DNA of 64,000 nt, from NCBI GenBank assembly GCA_037447435.1, contig JBBIGR010000004.1, positions 96,001 through 160,000 on the forward strand. The letters run 5' to 3'. The notes below the pieces were generated by a model that did not search any database, was not told the DNA's origin, and was given only the letters and a program-made list of their open reading frames with translations. Below, piece after piece: positions 61,348-64,000 of this stretch (its first letter is position 1; every line of letters starts with the position of its first letter). The DNA is from Fibrobacteria bacterium. Lineage in GTDB: Bacteria > Fibrobacterota > Chitinivibrionia > Chitinivibrionales > FEN-1185. A program made the position numbers and the translations under genes.

Positions 61348-61567
61348 AACATAATTGTATCCATTATCCTATAAAAAGTCAAGGGTTTTCCATTCAGAAC
61401 CAAGAAGTCACACCACCTCAAACCGATTCAGCCGTTATCGTGGCTTTGCAATGAATTGAAAGAAAGGGATGGCTATTGATTATTTTACCCATTCCCCAAA
61501 AGGTAAAAGGCATTTTTACTGCCGTAGCTTTCATATCATTGTCCATAGCAAAGGTATTCTATCGAAG

Positions 61568-62005
61568 ATGGCAAAAATTACCACAAAAAAAAAGCATGAT
61601 TGTCCTCAGTGCAAATCGCAATGCTGCAAAAGCGTGACCATAGAAATCGACACGCCCCGCAGCAAAAAGGATTTTGACGAAATCAAATGGTTTGTCCTGC
61701 ATGAAAATGTCATCGTGTACATCGATTTCGACAGAAAATGGAATCTCGAATTTATTTCTCCATGCAAGTCACTTGACAAAAACGGCTTATGCACCATATA
61801 CAAAGACCGGCCGATCATTTGTCGCTTATATCCCAAAGACGACGAATCTTGTGTGTTCGAAGATAATCCGTGCAAGAAAATATTTACAAAAGTGGAAGAG
61901 GTAACCGCCTATTTCGATAAAAAAGTGGAGCGCCGAAGAAAAAAAAGGGCGGCAAAAAAAGAAAATGCAAAACCGGGGGTTTTACATAAGCATGCGAAAA
62001 AATAA
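61568..62005 (+). CDS. YkgJ family cysteine-cluster (CxxCxxxCC) protein
   Basis: CPQCKSQCC, PCKSL...CTIYKDRPIICRLYP; start MAKI. Confidence 0.88.
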   Translation: MAKITTKKKHDCPQCKSQCCKSVTIEIDTPRSKKDFDEIKWFVLHENVIVYIDFDRKWNLEFISPCKSLDKNGLCTIYKDRPIICRLYPKDDESCVFEDNPCKKIFTKVEEVTAYFDKKVERRRKKRAAKKENAKPGVLHKHAKK

Positions 62006-62025
62006 TCTCACCGATTACGGTGCAA

Positions 62026-63687
62026 TTATTTGATTAAAACATTATTCTGCTTTTGGTTCATATAGCAGAGTTTTATCCATGCTTTGCTTCTGGCAATACT
62101 GCTTATGCAGAGTTCGTCGATAGCGCCGCGAAAATAGCAAAATCCTTCATTCGCACTTGCGGTTATCGATTGAATATACCTGCCGACTGTCACATCGTTG
62201 CCTACCTCGCGCGGAAGTACGCCGTTCATTACCGTAACACCGGAATCGGCAAGCGTTCCGTCGACATACAGATATTGCTTATCGTTGCTTCGAACGCCAA
62301 CGACATAATGCCAGTCTCCGTTCGAAGCAGGAGCTTGAGAGAACTCCCAAATCTGTGATGAATTGTATTGAGCGAATTGCCAAAACGGAGTCTTTAAAAG
62401 CGAATCATATTTGACCTTGAGGAAATACTGTTCATTTCCTTTCGACATGACCACATGGTTTGTCGTATCAAGCGAATCGATTCGTACCCAGGCTGAAACC
62501 GAATAATTTCCGTTTTGAGGAAAATTTAATGTGCTGGATGCAGATCCGTGCATCTGGAAATAACTGGAAATCCCGTCGTAGATCCTGCATTTACCAATAA
62601 TACCTTGTTGTGAATTGGCAGTAGCCATACCATAGCAAGTTCCCGAATGATTATTGATTGTCGCGTCGATACAAGGAGCGTCGCCGGCTTCCTCAAAATG
62701 CCATACGCCCTGAAATCCGGTTGCGGTATCGAATACCTTTTCCGAGGAATTTTCACCCGGAACGGCACTGTTTCCCCAGAGCATTCTCAGCACTTGCGAA
62801 TTACTGTTCCCCAGGATTGTGTCGAGCCGTACCCAAATCTGGGCTTGTTGCTTTTGAACGTCCCACTGGTCGATGGCGTAAGCGAGCCGACGATTTCCGC
62901 GGACAAAAACAATATCGGAGCCGCTTGCGCTTGCGGTAGTAAAATCAAAATCCGGGGCAGTCAACCTGATAAGCAACGGAAAATCAAGCACCGCTTCGCC
63001 GACATCTGCTCCGGCTGGCGTCGTATTAAGGGTAAACATCTTGCTGTATGTAAAAACGGCGATATCGGACAATACGGTCGTATCGCCCGAAATGATTTCA
63101 AAGCTGTCGATCAAACTAGACACGGATGCAAGCGAATCCGTTGCAAAACTCAAGGCGAATTTTCCCGTAGGCAAATCGTTGAAAATGAAACTGCCGCTAT
63201 CGACCAGGGCAATACGCTCAAGGCCTTTTATTTGAGCAAACAGCAAAGTCTTGGAAGTTCCGGGAACAATCCCCCGCAAAACGCCCGATTTCCGGATAGT
63301 GCAGGCCCCCAAAGGAATCGTATCGTTTTCATTCTTCACAACGACCGGCAATGCCGAAACATTTCCGCGATTATCGTTTACTTCAATAAAATAGCTGCCG
63401 GTGTCCAATGTTGTTATATGGAAATAGCCGTTATTGTCCGTGAGCGAGTCAAGCCTTCGCACTGCGGTTTTTTCGGCATTTTTTGGAGGCATAGCGACAT
63501 AATCCTGACGCCTGATTCGTACCGTTGCGCCGCCACAGGCCGAACTGTCGGAATAAACAATTCGAGCGGTAATCCCGTTGGTTGTTTCCGAGGCACCGCC
63601 GTCGGCAATCCTTGACTTTGAACAAAAACAAAAAATGCTTACGCAACCAAGAATTGCCGATCCAAACAATCGAATCAGAGGTTTCAT
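62026..63687 (-). CDS. Lipoprotein with DUF2341 and LamG/concanavalin A-like domains
   Basis: Signal with Cys then GGASETTNG; LNTTPAGA..DFPLLIRL..GSDIVF..QIWVRLDTI; VWHF, WHYVVG, GAIDELCIS. Confidence 0.85.
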   Translation of the reverse strand: MKPLIRLFGSAILGCVSIFCFCSKSRIADGGASETTNGITARIVYSDSSACGGATVRIRRQDYVAMPPKNAEKTAVRRLDSLTDNNGYFHITTLDTGSYFIEVNDNRGNVSALPVVVKNENDTIPLGACTIRKSGVLRGIVPGTSKTLLFAQIKGLERIALVDSGSFIFNDLPTGKFALSFATDSLASVSSLIDSFEIISGDTTVLSDIAVFTYSKMFTLNTTPAGADVGEAVLDFPLLIRLTAPDFDFTTASASGSDIVFVRGNRRLAYAIDQWDVQKQQAQIWVRLDTILGNSNSQVLRMLWGNSAVPGENSSEKVFDTATGFQGVWHFEEAGDAPCIDATINNHSGTCYGMATANSQQGIIGKCRIYDGISSYFQMHGSASSTLNFPQNGNYSVSAWVRIDSLDTTNHVVMSKGNEQYFLKVKYDSLLKTPFWQFAQYNSSQIWEFSQAPASNGDWHYVVGVRSNDKQYLYVDGTLADSGVTVMNGVLPREVGNDVTVGRYIQSITASANEGFCYFRGAIDELCISSIARSKAWIKLCYMNQKQNNVLIK

Positions 63688-64000
63688 TACTCGCGTTCCT
63701 TGTTTGAAAGCGGGAATAATGCAAGAGCAAGTTGATAGACGCCGGTAGGTTCGGTATCGGACGTCGCCAAGGAAATCAGTTCGTTTCTAAACTGTTTTAT
63801 TCGTTGACATATCTGATTAAACCGCTCCTCGGAAATACTCATGGTGATTGTGGAAATATCCCGTTGCTTTGCATCAACGCTGTTGAGCGCTCCTTTAGCA
63901 AGGTCAAGAGAATCCATCTGGAATTGCCGTACGGCAACAGAATGCCATATATCGCCGGTGGAAATCGCCTGCTTTACTTGTTTGTATAAGCCGTCCTTGT
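63687..64000 (-). CDS. TIGR02147 / DUF4423 family protein, partial (3' end only)
   Basis: ISTG...VRQFQ...LAKGAL...RDISTITMSIS...FRNEL...VYQLALALFPLS; stop overlaps the downstream ATG. Confidence 0.88.
   Translation of the reverse strand, partial: KDGLYKQVKQAISTGDIWHSVAVRQFQMDSLDLAKGALNSVDAKQRDISTITMSISEERFNQICQRIKQFRNELISLATSDTEPTGVYQLALALFPLSNKERE

Noticed and set aside
61380..61470. c-di-GMP-I riboswitch (GCAAAGCC on minus strand)
   Set aside because: No GNRA-capped P2 stem or matching P1/P3 pairing could be found
62647..63615. 322-aa + strand ORF
   Set aside because: Antisense shadow of the DUF2341 lipoprotein

Overview
Bacterial chromosomal segment, most likely Fibrobacterota (Chitinivibrionia/Chitinispirillia-like). 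This is inferred from a TIGR02147-type gene, FlgD-Ig/T9SS-like C-terminal tails and flagellar accessory genes. Left two thirds (1-42 kb): an accessory region rich in secreted carbohydrate-active proteins (GH23-like, CE4, GH18, GH26-like, DUF362-CBM, GH99/71-like, GH95-like/DUF5703, GH30, GH39, one unassignable TIM-barrel). It includes a five-gene SusC/D-free operon built around a predicted beta-barrel, a rex-kinase-receiver operon, and a decayed RAYT/REP island (16-18 kb). Right third: a two-component pair, housekeeping genes (ppiD-like, S41 protease, tmk, secA) and a motility/signalling cluster (FliL-like, PilZ, FapA, REC, REC-HDOD, kinase, solute-binding protein, HTH-REC). Best leads: a candidate ~80-nt anti-Shine-Dalgarno sRNA at 42843-42921; the SusCD-free glycan operon with a candidate new GH family; a DUF362 domain fused to CBMs; REP arrays splitting RAYT remnants; and three single-base lesions or non-canonical codons hidden by the ORF track. 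No tRNA, rRNA or CRISPR array was seen. All family calls are by eye from motifs, not database searches.
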